Assembly (NCBI GenBank): GCA_047947115.1
Contig: CP170459.1
Span: 480,001 to 544,000, forward strand
Direction: 5' to 3'
DNA from: Verrucomicrobiota bacterium
GTDB taxonomy: Bacteria > Verrucomicrobiota > Verrucomicrobiia > Limisphaerales > AAA164-E04
DNA length: 64,000 nt
Under the pieces are notes generated by a model. It worked only from the letters and a program-made list of their open reading frames with translations. It was not told where the DNA came from and ran no database searches. The translations under genes were made by a program, and so were the position numbers. Every line of letters begins with the position of its first letter. Within the stretch, counting starts at the first letter, position 1. Below, piece after piece: positions 40,546-50,808 of this stretch.

Positions 40546-42459
40546 ATGTCATTAAACGTCGAGGTACCGGACTTTTTATTGGAATTTGACCAGGGTCGAT
40601 TCAATCGATGCCACCGGAAAGTGGTAACCGATCTTCTTGCAGAGCGAACCCGGTCGGGGCATTGGGAAGGACACCTATCCAGCAGCGCTCTTTCCACTGC
40701 AACAGCCATCACCGCTCTGGCGCTTTTGGACAGGCACACGCCAGATCCCAAACTCCGTACAATCCGACTGCAACAGGCAGGACTCAAATGGCTGAACGAT
40801 CACGTGAACGAAGACGGAGGATGGGGCGACACAACGATCAGTTTCAGCAACATCAGCACCACTGCCTTGGTCTGGGCCGCTTTCGGAGCAGTGAAAGGCG
40901 CCTTGGAATCCTACCCGGATTTGATGCGCAATGCCGAAGCATGGTTGCGGGCCCATTCGGTTTCCTTATCGAGAGATGATTTGTCGGAAGCCATCACCAA
41001 ACGCTATGGCAAAGACAAAACTTTTTCGGTGCCCATTCTCACCATGTGCGCTTTGTCCGGACGCTTTGGCAAAGGGAAATCTGCATGGCAAACTGTTGGA
41101 CAACTTCCGTTCGAGCTCGCAGCTTTTCCGCCCAGCTGGTATGCCGCAATGAAGTTGCCGGTGGTGAGTTACGCCCTTCCTGCCCTGATCGCCATCGGAC
41201 AGGTCCGGCACCATTTTAAACCAACATGGAATCCGATCACCCGACTCTTCCGCCGTTTGACCCGAAGGATTACTCTCACACGACTGCTTGAGATCCAACC
41301 CTCCAGCGGAGGCTTCCTGGAAGCGACCCCTCTGACGAGTTTCGTGGTCATGAGCCTTGCTGGCTGCAGACTCCATGATCATCCGGTAGCAAAGGCGGGC
41401 AAAGCTTTTCTGGAAATATCCATGCGCAACGATGGCAGTTGGCCCATCGACACCAATTTAGCAACATGGGTCACCTCCCTATCCGTTCATGGACTGGGAA
41501 AACGAGGTCTGAAAACAGTGCCTGAGAAGGAGCAGAAAGCAATTGAATCATGGTTATTGAATCAACAATTCCAAATCCTTCACCCCTACACACAAGCCAG
41601 CCCCGGTGGTTGGGCATGGACCGACCTGCCCGGAGGGGTGCCAGATGCGGACGATACTCCGGGCGCACTGATCGCCCTGCATCGACTTAGCCAACATCCG
41701 GATTCCATTGCGGATCGGGCATGGATGGGAGTCCGATGGCTGATGGACTTACAAAATCGGGACGGGGGCATCCCTACTTTTTGCAAAGGCTGGGGAGCCT
41801 TACCCTTTGATCGCAGCAGCGCCGATCTAACGGCACATACCCTCAGAGCCTGGGTGATCTGGAAGCCCCACTTTGAAGATTCAAGACAACAAAGGGTGGA
41901 AAAAGCAACGGACAGAGCGGTTGCATATCTACTCGATCAACAATCTTCCGAAGGATCCTGGGTGCCACTGTGGTTTGGAAATCAGTATGTCCCGGATGAT
42001 CAAAACCCGGTCTACGGAACCACCAAAGTAATGGAAGGACTGCTGGCATTGGATCGAAAACGTATTGATACATGCAACACCGCGATCGAAAATGCGCTGC
42101 AATGGCTCTTGAGCCAGCAGAACAAAGATGGAGGATGGGGCGGAGGGCTCAATACCCCCTCGAGTGTGGAAGAAACCGCACTTGGTATTTCCGTCGTCGC
42201 AAAATCACTGCGATGCGCTTGCAGGCTGAAGGACGATTTGAAGCTATCAAGTCAGGCTGCTTTACGTCGTTCCTGCGAATGGTTGTTTGAGAGAATCGCA
42301 TCAGGTACCTACAAGAAAGTCTCACCCATCGGATTCTATTTTGCGAAACTATGGTATTGGGAATCCATGTATCCATTGGTCTACACGGGCGCCGCTTTGA
42401 ATGAAATAGATCAGTGGGTTGAGCAACTCACCCTCACACATTCATCTGAACCCGGGTAA
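40546..42459 (+). CDS. Squalene-hopene cyclase-like triterpene cyclase
   Basis: QW repeats (NEDGGWG, QNRDGG, QSSEGSW, QNKDGGWG), GGWAW, PDADDT catalytic motif. Confidence 0.82.
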   Translation: MSLNVEVPDFLLEFDQGRFNRCHRKVVTDLLAERTRSGHWEGHLSSSALSTATAITALALLDRHTPDPKLRTIRLQQAGLKWLNDHVNEDGGWGDTTISFSNISTTALVWAAFGAVKGALESYPDLMRNAEAWLRAHSVSLSRDDLSEAITKRYGKDKTFSVPILTMCALSGRFGKGKSAWQTVGQLPFELAAFPPSWYAAMKLPVVSYALPALIAIGQVRHHFKPTWNPITRLFRRLTRRITLTRLLEIQPSSGGFLEATPLTSFVVMSLAGCRLHDHPVAKAGKAFLEISMRNDGSWPIDTNLATWVTSLSVHGLGKRGLKTVPEKEQKAIESWLLNQQFQILHPYTQASPGGWAWTDLPGGVPDADDTPGALIALHRLSQHPDSIADRAWMGVRWLMDLQNRDGGIPTFCKGWGALPFDRSSADLTAHTLRAWVIWKPHFEDSRQQRVEKATDRAVAYLLDQQSSEGSWVPLWFGNQYVPDDQNPVYGTTKVMEGLLALDRKRIDTCNTAIENALQWLLSQQNKDGGWGGGLNTPSSVEETALGISVVAKSLRCACRLKDDLKLSSQAALRRSCEWLFERIASGTYKKVSPIGFYFAKLWYWESMYPLVYTGAALNEIDQWVEQLTLTHSSEPG

Positions 42460-42460
42460 A

Positions 42461-42793
42461 TCATACAAGAATCCAGCTGGCAAGGATCCCAATAGCGATC
42501 CCGACGCCCCCCAAGATGGATACCCATAATGGTTCCGTTTCCCCACACGAAGTTCGAGGACTGCCTGCCTCAGGCTTCCGGGACGGTCTCCGGGAACGAT
42601 GAAATTCTCGCCGCCCAAAATCGACGCCTGAAATAATACGTCGATCGTCATGCCTTTGCCGGCCGTTCTGTTCTGAATGCAACGATAGTGATACGCGGCG
42701 TGGGTAAATCGTTGTCATTTTTACGTGCTGCCATGGAAACGTGGTTGTTTGGTCATTCATAACGCCCCCATCCTGCACCACACCCTTGGACAT
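42461..42793 (-). CDS. Small hypothetical protein with C-terminal membrane helix
   Basis: Fills the gap after the DAGK-like gene; LWVSILGGVGIAIGILASWILV; start uncertain. Confidence 0.35.
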   Translation of the reverse strand: MSKGVVQDGGVMNDQTTTFPWQHVKMTTIYPRRVSLSLHSEQNGRQRHDDRRIISGVDFGRREFHRSRRPSRKPEAGSPRTSCGETEPLWVSILGGVGIAIGILASWILV

Positions 42794-42830
42794 TTATGGT
42801 CCCATGGTCAAAAACAGGAGAAATATTTCT

Positions 42831-43739
42831 TCAGGGGACAATGACCGGCAGTTTAGTTTGCGAGACTTCGATTTGCGCGGGCAGGCATCCAACGACATCA
42901 CCTTCCAACTCGAAGGGAATGGGTCTTGAAGCGGAAAGGTCAAAACGAGTGGATTGTAAGTAAGTCACATCATGTCTGAGATGTAACCGATTCAAGCACA
43001 GTGCCATTCCTAATGCGGGCAATCGACTCCAATGCAATCGGTGAAACACCAAGGCATGCAGCAACCCATCGGTTAAACTTGCATTGGGAAACACTCGAAA
43101 GCGCCCACCATAAAAAGAACCGTTTCCTATCAGCACCATGGTTCCATTCACCTGCCTTCCCTCTCCTGTTCGGCATTGAATAAATGGCAGCTCCCGGCAA
43201 ATCACCTTTAACCCCGCCCAGACATAGGCAAGCGGCCCAAAAAGTTTCTTTAACTCCCAATCCACTGCCTGGATGGCAAGCGCATCCAAACCGGCTCCAC
43301 CCAACTGGGCGAAATAGCGCCTGCTCTTACCTCTGTGTTCATGATCAAACCGGACAAAAGGCAAATCGATCTCCTTGGTCTTGGATCGAATGAAAACCTC
43401 TCGACAAGATTCAAGGGAAACAGGCATCCGCAATTCTTTTGCAAACACATTGACCGTCCCCAAAGGAAGCACACCCAAACGAACTCTTTCCGGATAACTG
43501 GAGTCGCGCATTATTCCATTTAACACCTCCAAGACCGTCCCATCTCCACCGGCTGCGATGATTGTGGTATAACCATTCTGGACCGCTTGAGCGGCCAATC
43601 GCTCCCCATCCCCCGGTGCACGCGTTTCCAATATTTCGCCGATTGAATGCCATACCTGTCTGGATAACAAAAAGGAACGCGCCCGATCCCCTTTGGCAGA
43701 GGGATTCACAATGAAACAAGTTTTTGAAGGATGTGTCAT
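42831..43739 (-). CDS. Diacylglycerol/lipid kinase family (YegS/DagK-like)
   Basis: IVNPSA, AAGGDGT, LPLGTVN, GNGSFYGG, ELEGD. Confidence 0.85.
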   Translation of the reverse strand: MTHPSKTCFIVNPSAKGDRARSFLLSRQVWHSIGEILETRAPGDGERLAAQAVQNGYTTIIAAGGDGTVLEVLNGIMRDSSYPERVRLGVLPLGTVNVFAKELRMPVSLESCREVFIRSKTKEIDLPFVRFDHEHRGKSRRYFAQLGGAGLDALAIQAVDWELKKLFGPLAYVWAGLKVICRELPFIQCRTGEGRQVNGTMVLIGNGSFYGGRFRVFPNASLTDGLLHALVFHRLHWSRLPALGMALCLNRLHLRHDVTYLQSTRFDLSASRPIPFELEGDVVGCLPAQIEVSQTKLPVIVP

Positions 43740-43814
43740 GGATGGATCGGTATTAAATCTGGCCTTGGACGTTAAACGATTGAGCTTCGCATCAAGTTTG
43801 TTGATGATGAACCA

Positions 43815-46121
43815 ATGTCATCCAGCACTCAAGATCCATCCGCAAGGTCGAAACAACCGGTTTCCAAAAAAACCAGTAAGTTGAACACTCGGGCAATTAC
43901 CAACCTAATCATTCTTTCGCTCATGCTGGCGATTGCATGGGTAGCCAATTGCGATCGCCCCGCAAATTATATCCCAAAAAACGATTGGATGATTGAACCC
44001 GAAACATTCAAAACCACGTTTTCGGAGAATGCTGCAGATGCTACCATTCAACTTGAAAACGGTTTGATCCGCAGGGTATGGAAAATCGCACCGAATGCAG
44101 CCACCGTATCATTCGACAACCTCATGATAGGTGAAACGCTGCTTCGATCCGTTCGTCCGGAAGCAGAAATCACTTTCGATGAGATTCCCGTCGCCATCGG
44201 CGGCCTCTCCGGACAGCCAAACCATGCTTACTTAACCCCGGAATGGATCGATACCATGCGATCCTGGCCCGGCAGTTTTCAATTCACATATTTTGAACAG
44301 GGTATCCCCGAAGAAAGAATGGCATGGAAGCGCGTACGACACCACGCCCCCAACGCAACCTGGCCCCCCGAAGGTCGCTCATTGAAGATGCACTACAAAG
44401 CGCCTGATCAGCTGGAGGATGGAAACCCCACGCCAGACTGGATGAAAGAGCTTTCGGTCACCGTACACTACGAAATGTATGATGGCATTCCAGCCATGAG
44501 CAAATGGATTACGGTTAAGAACATCGGCAGCACACCCCACGACGTGGATCGCTTTCAAGCAGAAATTCTTGCCATCGTGCCATACGAAGATCCCGTTGAA
44601 TATAGAGAAGGAGTTTCCATACAACCACCTAATCTACACGTCGAAACGGATTATGCATTCGGAGGATTTACCATCAAAAACAGCACACGATTCAGTGTTC
44701 ATTGGCAACCCGATCCAATGTTCGATACCCAGGTCAACTACCTGAAACAAAATCCATGTCTCCTTAAAATGGGACCTCAAATGGGACCAGACCAGACGAT
44801 TGTTCCGGGAAGTACTTTCGAATCTTTCAGGTGCTTCATCATGCCGTTTGACACCACCGAGCGCTATCGGAAAGGGTTGGCTGTTCGCAAAATGTATCGA
44901 ACCATTGCCCCTTGGGTCACCGAAAACCCTTTAATTCTACATTTGACAACTTCAGACAATGACAAAGTCAAAACAGCCATTGATCAGGCAGCGGAGTGTG
45001 GATTCGAAATTGTAAACCTCAGCTTTGGCAGCGGATTGAACATGGAAAACAATGATCCAGAATATCTCGCACGGTTCAAATCATTGACAGATTATGCCAG
45101 GTCAAAGGGAATCGAAATGGGTGGCTATTCACTTCTTTCAAGCCGCCGCATCCAGCCGGATACAGACAACTGTATCCACCCGGAAACCGGCAAACCAGGG
45201 GGGCAAACCCACGGCTTTTGCCCGGCTCTTGCCTCGGAGTGGGGACAAAATTACTTCCAAAAACTAAGAACGTTTTTCGAGCAAACAGGATTCACCAAAT
45301 TCGTACATGACGGATCCTACCCCGGTGATCTGGACGCATCTTCACGTCCTCCATTCCAAAAAGGAGTAAGCGACAGTCGTTGGGTACAATGGAAAATGAT
45401 TTCGAGCTTTTACCAATGGATGCGAGGCAATGGCTATTATCTGCGCGTTCCCGATTATTACTACCTGAGCGGTGCAAATGAAGCAGGCATGGGATACCGT
45501 GAAGTCAACTGGTCCCTCCCCCGGGTCCAGCAACAAATCCACACCCGACAGAACATCTTCGACGGATCCATCCAAAAGACCCCGAGTATGGGGTGGATGT
45601 TCGTACCTCTTACCCAATACCATGGCGGCGGAGATGCGGCGACCATCGAGCCATTGAATAAACACTTGCCTCATTACGAAACCATGCTCGCATCGAATCT
45701 AGGGGCCGGCGTCCAGGCAGTCTACAGAGGTCACCGCCTGTTTGATACCGATCAGACACGTGATCGTGTAAAACATTGGGTCGACTGGTATAAGACCTAT
45801 CGTGACATCCTCGAAAGCGACATCATCCATACCTCATCCCGCCGCCCCGACGGCCAACAACCCGACTGGATATTCCACGCCAATCCCACACTGGAAAATC
45901 AAGGAATATGGATCGGGTTCAATCCGCTAAGCAAAACAATTACCGAACAACTGACGCTGAATCTTTACTACACCGGCATCACTGAAACCGCCATCATCCT
46001 ACCCGAAGGCAATCAAGAACAAGCCATCGAACTAAAAATCGACGCATTCAACCGCATCCACCTCCCCATAACCTGGAATCCCAACCAAACCCGCTGGTTC
46101 ACCATCAAGAATAAAGATTAA
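43815..46121 (+). CDS. Putative glycoside hydrolase (alpha-galactosidase-like)
   Basis: N-terminal membrane helix; IAPWVTENP, AIDQAAECGFE..LSFGSG, HDGSYPG, MGYREVNWSLPR. Confidence 0.55.
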   Translation: MSSSTQDPSARSKQPVSKKTSKLNTRAITNLIILSLMLAIAWVANCDRPANYIPKNDWMIEPETFKTTFSENAADATIQLENGLIRRVWKIAPNAATVSFDNLMIGETLLRSVRPEAEITFDEIPVAIGGLSGQPNHAYLTPEWIDTMRSWPGSFQFTYFEQGIPEERMAWKRVRHHAPNATWPPEGRSLKMHYKAPDQLEDGNPTPDWMKELSVTVHYEMYDGIPAMSKWITVKNIGSTPHDVDRFQAEILAIVPYEDPVEYREGVSIQPPNLHVETDYAFGGFTIKNSTRFSVHWQPDPMFDTQVNYLKQNPCLLKMGPQMGPDQTIVPGSTFESFRCFIMPFDTTERYRKGLAVRKMYRTIAPWVTENPLILHLTTSDNDKVKTAIDQAAECGFEIVNLSFGSGLNMENNDPEYLARFKSLTDYARSKGIEMGGYSLLSSRRIQPDTDNCIHPETGKPGGQTHGFCPALASEWGQNYFQKLRTFFEQTGFTKFVHDGSYPGDLDASSRPPFQKGVSDSRWVQWKMISSFYQWMRGNGYYLRVPDYYYLSGANEAGMGYREVNWSLPRVQQQIHTRQNIFDGSIQKTPSMGWMFVPLTQYHGGGDAATIEPLNKHLPHYETMLASNLGAGVQAVYRGHRLFDTDQTRDRVKHWVDWYKTYRDILESDIIHTSSRRPDGQQPDWIFHANPTLENQGIWIGFNPLSKTITEQLTLNLYYTGITETAIILPEGNQEQAIELKIDAFNRIHLPITWNPNQTRWFTIKNKD

Positions 46122-46169
46122 ACAATGAGTTCATTGAGATATCCTCTCAAACCAAAACACATCATAACC

Positions 46170-46216
46170 TAGATTTTCCATCCGGTATATCCTGTTCATC
46201 CTGTCTAAAAAATCTA
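46170..46216. repeat. 9-bp periodic ATCC repeat inside an inverted repeat
   Basis: CATCCGGTA TATCCTGTT CATCCTGTC flanked by TAGATTTT/AAAATCTA. Confidence 0.5.
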
Positions 46217-46259
46217 TTTTTAGTGGAAAAATCCCATAACTAGGGCATTTTGGAGACCT

Positions 46260-47204
46260 ATGTCACACATCTCTATAAAACCCGACTGGTGGATTTCAGA
46301 AAAAGAAGTGACCCCAGAAAGTGTCTACAACAATCGCCGACACTTTCTCAAACAAATGGGATTTACCGGTATGGGGATCTTGGGCGGACTCTCCATGAGC
46401 AAGACTTTGGGTGCAGAAGCGGATATCAAGAAAGCCACTTTTCCCTACAAAAGAAACCCGGACTTCAGTCCCGAATGGAAATTGACGGACCAAAACGTCG
46501 TTGAATCCTACAACAACTTCTACGAATTCACGACGACCAAATCACGTGTTCGACAAATGGTCGATCGCTTCGTCATTGATCCATGGAAAGTAGAAATATC
46601 CGGTTTGGTAGAAAACCCAAAGACAATGGACATGGACGAAATCTACAAAGCCTTTAACATGGAAGAAAGGGTTTATCGATTTAGATGCGTAGAAGCATGG
46701 TCCATGGTGGTTCCCTGGACTGGATTTCAACTATCTGACCTCGTTAAACTGGTCAAACCGAAATCAGAAGCCAAATTCGTCAAATTCACAACTTTCAATC
46801 GCCCCGACCAAGCCCCCGGCATGCGATTTGACGGATATCCCTGGCCGTACGTTGAGGGTTTAACCATGGAAGAAGCTCAACACCCATTGACACTCTTATC
46901 TACTGGCGTCTATGGAAAGGCGTTACCCAAACAAAATGGCGCTCCAATTCGTTTGGTAGTCCCCTGGAAATACGGATTCAAAAGCATCAAGTCGATAGAA
47001 AAAATAGAATTCACAGCAGAACAACCCAAGACCTTTTGGGAAGCCTTGTCACCAGAGGAATATCCATTTGAATCCAATGTAGATCCAAACGTTCCTCATC
47101 CCCGTTGGTCGCAAGCTTATGAACGCGTCGTTGATACGGGTTTAAGACGGAGAACGAGTATCTACAATGGCTATGAAGAACAAGTATCAGAACTATATCA
47201 GTAG
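46260..47204 (+). CDS. msrP: Protein-methionine-sulfoxide reductase catalytic subunit
   Basis: Tat motif NNRRHFLK; YNNFYEF, RFRCVEAWSM, QNGAPIRLVVPWKYGFKSIK, HPRWSQA. Confidence 0.93.
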   Translation: MSHISIKPDWWISEKEVTPESVYNNRRHFLKQMGFTGMGILGGLSMSKTLGAEADIKKATFPYKRNPDFSPEWKLTDQNVVESYNNFYEFTTTKSRVRQMVDRFVIDPWKVEISGLVENPKTMDMDEIYKAFNMEERVYRFRCVEAWSMVVPWTGFQLSDLVKLVKPKSEAKFVKFTTFNRPDQAPGMRFDGYPWPYVEGLTMEEAQHPLTLLSTGVYGKALPKQNGAPIRLVVPWKYGFKSIKSIEKIEFTAEQPKTFWEALSPEEYPFESNVDPNVPHPRWSQAYERVVDTGLRRRTSIYNGYEEQVSELYQ

Positions 47205-47487
47205 CCAATTATACAGCCATGTCTTCCAGTGAATGAGGAACTCTTAACCTCATCATTGTCTCAAGAAGATCTATAAAGCATTCTCTCTAAAATCTCATCC
47301 TTCTGGCATGTTGGGTGATTGGGCATTTTATCATACCAATCTTGATGTGAAGGTTTTTCCTTCACTCTAGCTAATTAAAGAATTCAACATGGTTCTGAAG
47401 CCCAAATCATTGAGATTTATTGAATTTTAAAACCAAGTCATTCTCATAGCTTTTAGTAATAAAAATTCAGCTTTGAACTGAGTACAT

Positions 47488-47517
47488 AAAAACACCCAAC
47501 TTTTCAGTTGGGTGTTT
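47488..47517 (-). terminator. Rho-independent terminator
   Basis: AAACACCCAACT-TTTC-AGTTGGGTGTTT hairpin just downstream of the 47541 stop. Confidence 0.75.
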
Positions 47518-47540
47518 GATAAATTCAGGATATTGAAAGC

Positions 47541-48596
47541 TTAATTGTATTCAGCGGCTTCCAGAAGAGCTTCTTCGATGGCTTCAATACGGCCTTCGGC
47601 ATCGGTACCCTGTTGGCCTGTCAGCACTTCAACATTGGCAGTATCAGGGAACTCAGTGTTTTCGTTCACTTCAACCACTGGTATAGGCAGTTGCTCAGCA
47701 ACAGGAACTTCAACAGTAGCTTTCTGAGTTGTTGCAACCCCACCAGACTTGGTAACTGTCACAGTCTCTTTGGAAACGACAGTCTCAACCACCGTGAAGC
47801 CAACGCCAGGAATAATTTGAATGGTGATTTTTTTCTTCTCAACAACCTTTTCGTAGGTTCCATCAGGGGAATTAGGATCGTTAGCCTGTTGCTGCAATTT
47901 CTTGGCTTCAATCTCAGCTTGCTTGTCTAGTTGAGACTGTAGACCATCAACGAGTTTCTGTTGCAAAACAGGATCTTGAGCAATGATCTTACTGAGAGTT
48001 TCTTTTCTCACCAAAATCGTCCCGACTGCATTGCCCTCTTGCGCAAGAGCCGCGCTGATCATACGAAGATAATTGTTGGCGGTGGACTGTCTTTCCACGC
48101 TAGCCTGCACGGAAGAAGATTGGCTAGGAACAACCAATGAAATCCAAGTTGCCACGTTAGCTTGGCTTGCGGGATAGGCTTTCACCATGGATGCTGCGAT
48201 GTCGGCTGCATAGGCAGGAGCACTCGCGGCGGCGGCTTTAACAATCGCGCTACCATATTGAGGTACGATGGCCAGTGCCAAGGTTGAAATCTGTCCGGCG
48301 CTCTCGGGTGAAGCTTTTGCAAGTGAAGCTACCAATTGGATCGCCAACTGGGGGCGCTGTTCGAGCACGCTCTTCAGAATAGCTTTGGCAGTTTCCACCT
48401 TGGCTTCCTTGGAAGCTGCTTTCATCAGCTCGGAGGCTCTCACAGGAATTTCAACAGCTGGAAGCTCGCTGAGAGATGCCTGAATGGCTGCGACGTTGAT
48501 TTTTGCGGGAGCTGCAATGCCTGTATCTTTAGCATGCGCGGATACCGCCAACAGTAAGGCTGCTACGACAACACTTGTTTTCATCTTGCTTAACAT
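47541..48596 (-). CDS. Secreted Ala-rich helical-repeat protein
   Basis: AGGAAAAG RBS before ATG 48596; signal peptide ...VSAHA|; about 15-aa P-x2-A-x2-I/V periodic repeats. Confidence 0.7.
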   Translation of the reverse strand: MLSKMKTSVVVAALLLAVSAHAKDTGIAAPAKINVAAIQASLSELPAVEIPVRASELMKAASKEAKVETAKAILKSVLEQRPQLAIQLVASLAKASPESAGQISTLALAIVPQYGSAIVKAAAASAPAYAADIAASMVKAYPASQANVATWISLVVPSQSSSVQASVERQSTANNYLRMISAALAQEGNAVGTILVRKETLSKIIAQDPVLQQKLVDGLQSQLDKQAEIEAKKLQQQANDPNSPDGTYEKVVEKKKITIQIIPGVGFTVVETVVSKETVTVTKSGGVATTQKATVEVPVAEQLPIPVVEVNENTEFPDTANVEVLTGQQGTDAEGRIEAIEEALLEAAEYN

Positions 48597-48881
48597 ATCT
48601 TTTCCTAATTTATTCCCATTCACCTGAGTTACTTCTAAACTTTCGCACCGATTTGTCAACAAAAAACTGTCGGCAGGTTACCTCACTACATCAGACTAGA
48701 ACACACTCGATCTATGCTGATTCTGGGTTGGTCCTCCTGGTGCTGGCTTTATTTACCACCAGACCGATTATTGCTGCAAGTTTTTTTTACTTCTTTTTTT
48801 TAAGATCCGTATCGTACTCGATCTTCTTGTTTTTTAAACCAATTAAAATTCAGTTTCCACAATGGAATAGCTTCGTAGAAA

Positions 48882-49913
48882 TCATGCTCCCATGCCATCT
48901 TCAAAAGAACCGCCTGCAACAGGAAAAACCAAATGATCTTTCACATAGCGGATCCCATTGGCACTCGTTGCGTCCAGATCACGATAGGCGCTTTCGGCTT
49001 CGACCACCAGCGGGGCGGTCTGCCGGCCCATGTGCTGACAGTAGCGCTGTGGGTAGCCTATATGAACCATCAATTCGGCATAACGCGTCATGTTCAAATC
49101 TCCGGTAGGAAGATCGGTGAACTGCATCGCACGACCGCCCCAGTTTGGCTCCATCATGCGCAAAGGAAGGTTTTTGCGGATCACAAAGTTTTTGACGTGG
49201 CATCCATAAACACGACTCCCCACTTTCATGAAACGGGTCTCCCAGTCCTCACCCTCCCAGCAATGAGAAGGATCCGCGTTTACACCCAGACACGGATCGT
49301 CATCACAAATTTTCACCAGCATGTTGAAGTCGTCAGCACACATGGCAGCCGTGCCAGGATGGATTTCGTGGGCCAAATTAATACCCAGCGAGTTGGCGTG
49401 CTGGCGAATTTTCGCGGTTTTGTTTACGAATCGCTCCTGACCCTCCTTGACCAAGTCGAAATCCGCACCCGCCCAGAACCCCCAAGGGTAACCTGATGCC
49501 AACTCCCAGCCAAACGCGACACCCCAGAACATGGGAAGGATCTTTATGTTCAATTCAACAGCCAGATCCATCAGTCCCAAAAGATAATCTTCTGCCCACT
49601 TCTCAATGCTTTCGGGCGATTTTTTAGCGACATCTTCTGGAATGAAGGGTCGAATGGATGGAGTTCCAGTCCATGCGCTGGTGTGCACCCATGCGGGGCA
49701 ATGGCAGGAGATGCCGTCCAAAGACATGCCACGAGATTCGAACGCAGCCAAAATCTCGCTGGCGGGACGGAATCCGTTTTCACCCTGCAACATGTAGTTG
49801 GAAGGCTGCACACCATCGGCTCCGGCGGCCTTGGCGTAATCTAAAAACTGTTCAAGGGTCTTAGCCCCATGTTGGGCACCCTCCACACTAGCATGGAAAC
49901 AAACATTTGCCAT
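48882..49913 (-). CDS. Sugar phosphate isomerase/epimerase (xylose-isomerase-like TIM barrel)
   Basis: AHEIHP, VNADPSH, GCHVKN, VVEAE metal-binding motifs. Confidence 0.8.
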   Translation of the reverse strand: MANVCFHASVEGAQHGAKTLEQFLDYAKAAGADGVQPSNYMLQGENGFRPASEILAAFESRGMSLDGISCHCPAWVHTSAWTGTPSIRPFIPEDVAKKSPESIEKWAEDYLLGLMDLAVELNIKILPMFWGVAFGWELASGYPWGFWAGADFDLVKEGQERFVNKTAKIRQHANSLGINLAHEIHPGTAAMCADDFNMLVKICDDDPCLGVNADPSHCWEGEDWETRFMKVGSRVYGCHVKNFVIRKNLPLRMMEPNWGGRAMQFTDLPTGDLNMTRYAELMVHIGYPQRYCQHMGRQTAPLVVEAESAYRDLDATSANGIRYVKDHLVFPVAGGSFEDGMGA

Positions 49914-50082
49914 AATTGAATCTGAATATTGGTACGGATTTAAGGCGAGATGTAAAGACCATATTCCATTTCGGCGAAATCGCCAGCGTACTCCTATCGC
50001 ACTTTACATTCGAAAAATTGCAGGCAATGTCTGAGGAAGCTCACTTTCAAGGAGCTGAAAATTTACTAAACCAGGTGCTGTC

Positions 50083-50799
50083 ATGCCAAAAAATGTCGTA
50101 GAAATGGAAATCGATGAGGTAACCATGGAGTTGCCTGATACCAAAACCCTGCGCCTCAAATGGCCCGAGGGTTATGAAACGGACTTCAAGACAGGGCAAT
50201 TCATAACACTCTATTGGCCGGACACACCCAAATACAAAAGAGCTTACTCTCTTTCATCCTGCGCTCTCGACACAGGTTTTTTTGAAGTCACAATCAAAAG
50301 AGACGGAAAAATGGGCACACGCATAGTGGACTGGGCCGAAAAAGGAAGTAAACTTTTTGTCATCCCTCCAGTAGGTCGATTTCTTCCTGTGTTGGAACCT
50401 GAAAAGCACTTAGTATGCATCGCAGGCGGTTCAGGCGTAACACCTTTTCGAGGCTTTGCCAGGGAGGCGACCTTGCGCAAACTGGAAACAAAAATAACCA
50501 TTCTCTACAGCGTCCGAACAACTGAAGACATCATTTTCAACGACGAGTTTCGCGAACTGGAACAGAAGAATCCTCATTTCAAATTTAACGTCACCTGCAC
50601 CCGATTAAGCGATTCCGATCCATGGCCGGGAAGACGGGGCCGCATCGGTGCGGATTGGGTCAAGGAACAGATCTCGAACATAAATGACACGATTTTCTAC
50701 GCTTGCGGACCGAATGCTCTGGTTGATAACGCCGAAAGGTTGGTTTTGGAAGAATTGCAATGCCCCAAAGAGCAGCTGAAGCTGGAAAAATGGGGCTGA
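50083..50799 (+). CDS. Ferredoxin-NAD(P)+ reductase-like FAD/NAD(P) oxidoreductase
   Basis: FKTGQF, RAYSL, IAGGSGVTPF, YACGP, terminal EKWG. Confidence 0.85.
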   Translation: MPKNVVEMEIDEVTMELPDTKTLRLKWPEGYETDFKTGQFITLYWPDTPKYKRAYSLSSCALDTGFFEVTIKRDGKMGTRIVDWAEKGSKLFVIPPVGRFLPVLEPEKHLVCIAGGSGVTPFRGFAREATLRKLETKITILYSVRTTEDIIFNDEFRELEQKNPHFKFNVTCTRLSDSDPWPGRRGRIGADWVKEQISNINDTIFYACGPNALVDNAERLVLEELQCPKEQLKLEKWG

Positions 50800-50808
50800 C
50801 CTCACAAC

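Noticed and set aside
48575..49108. 177-aa plus-strand ORF
   Set aside because: Spans a T-tract intergenic region and is antisense to two real genes
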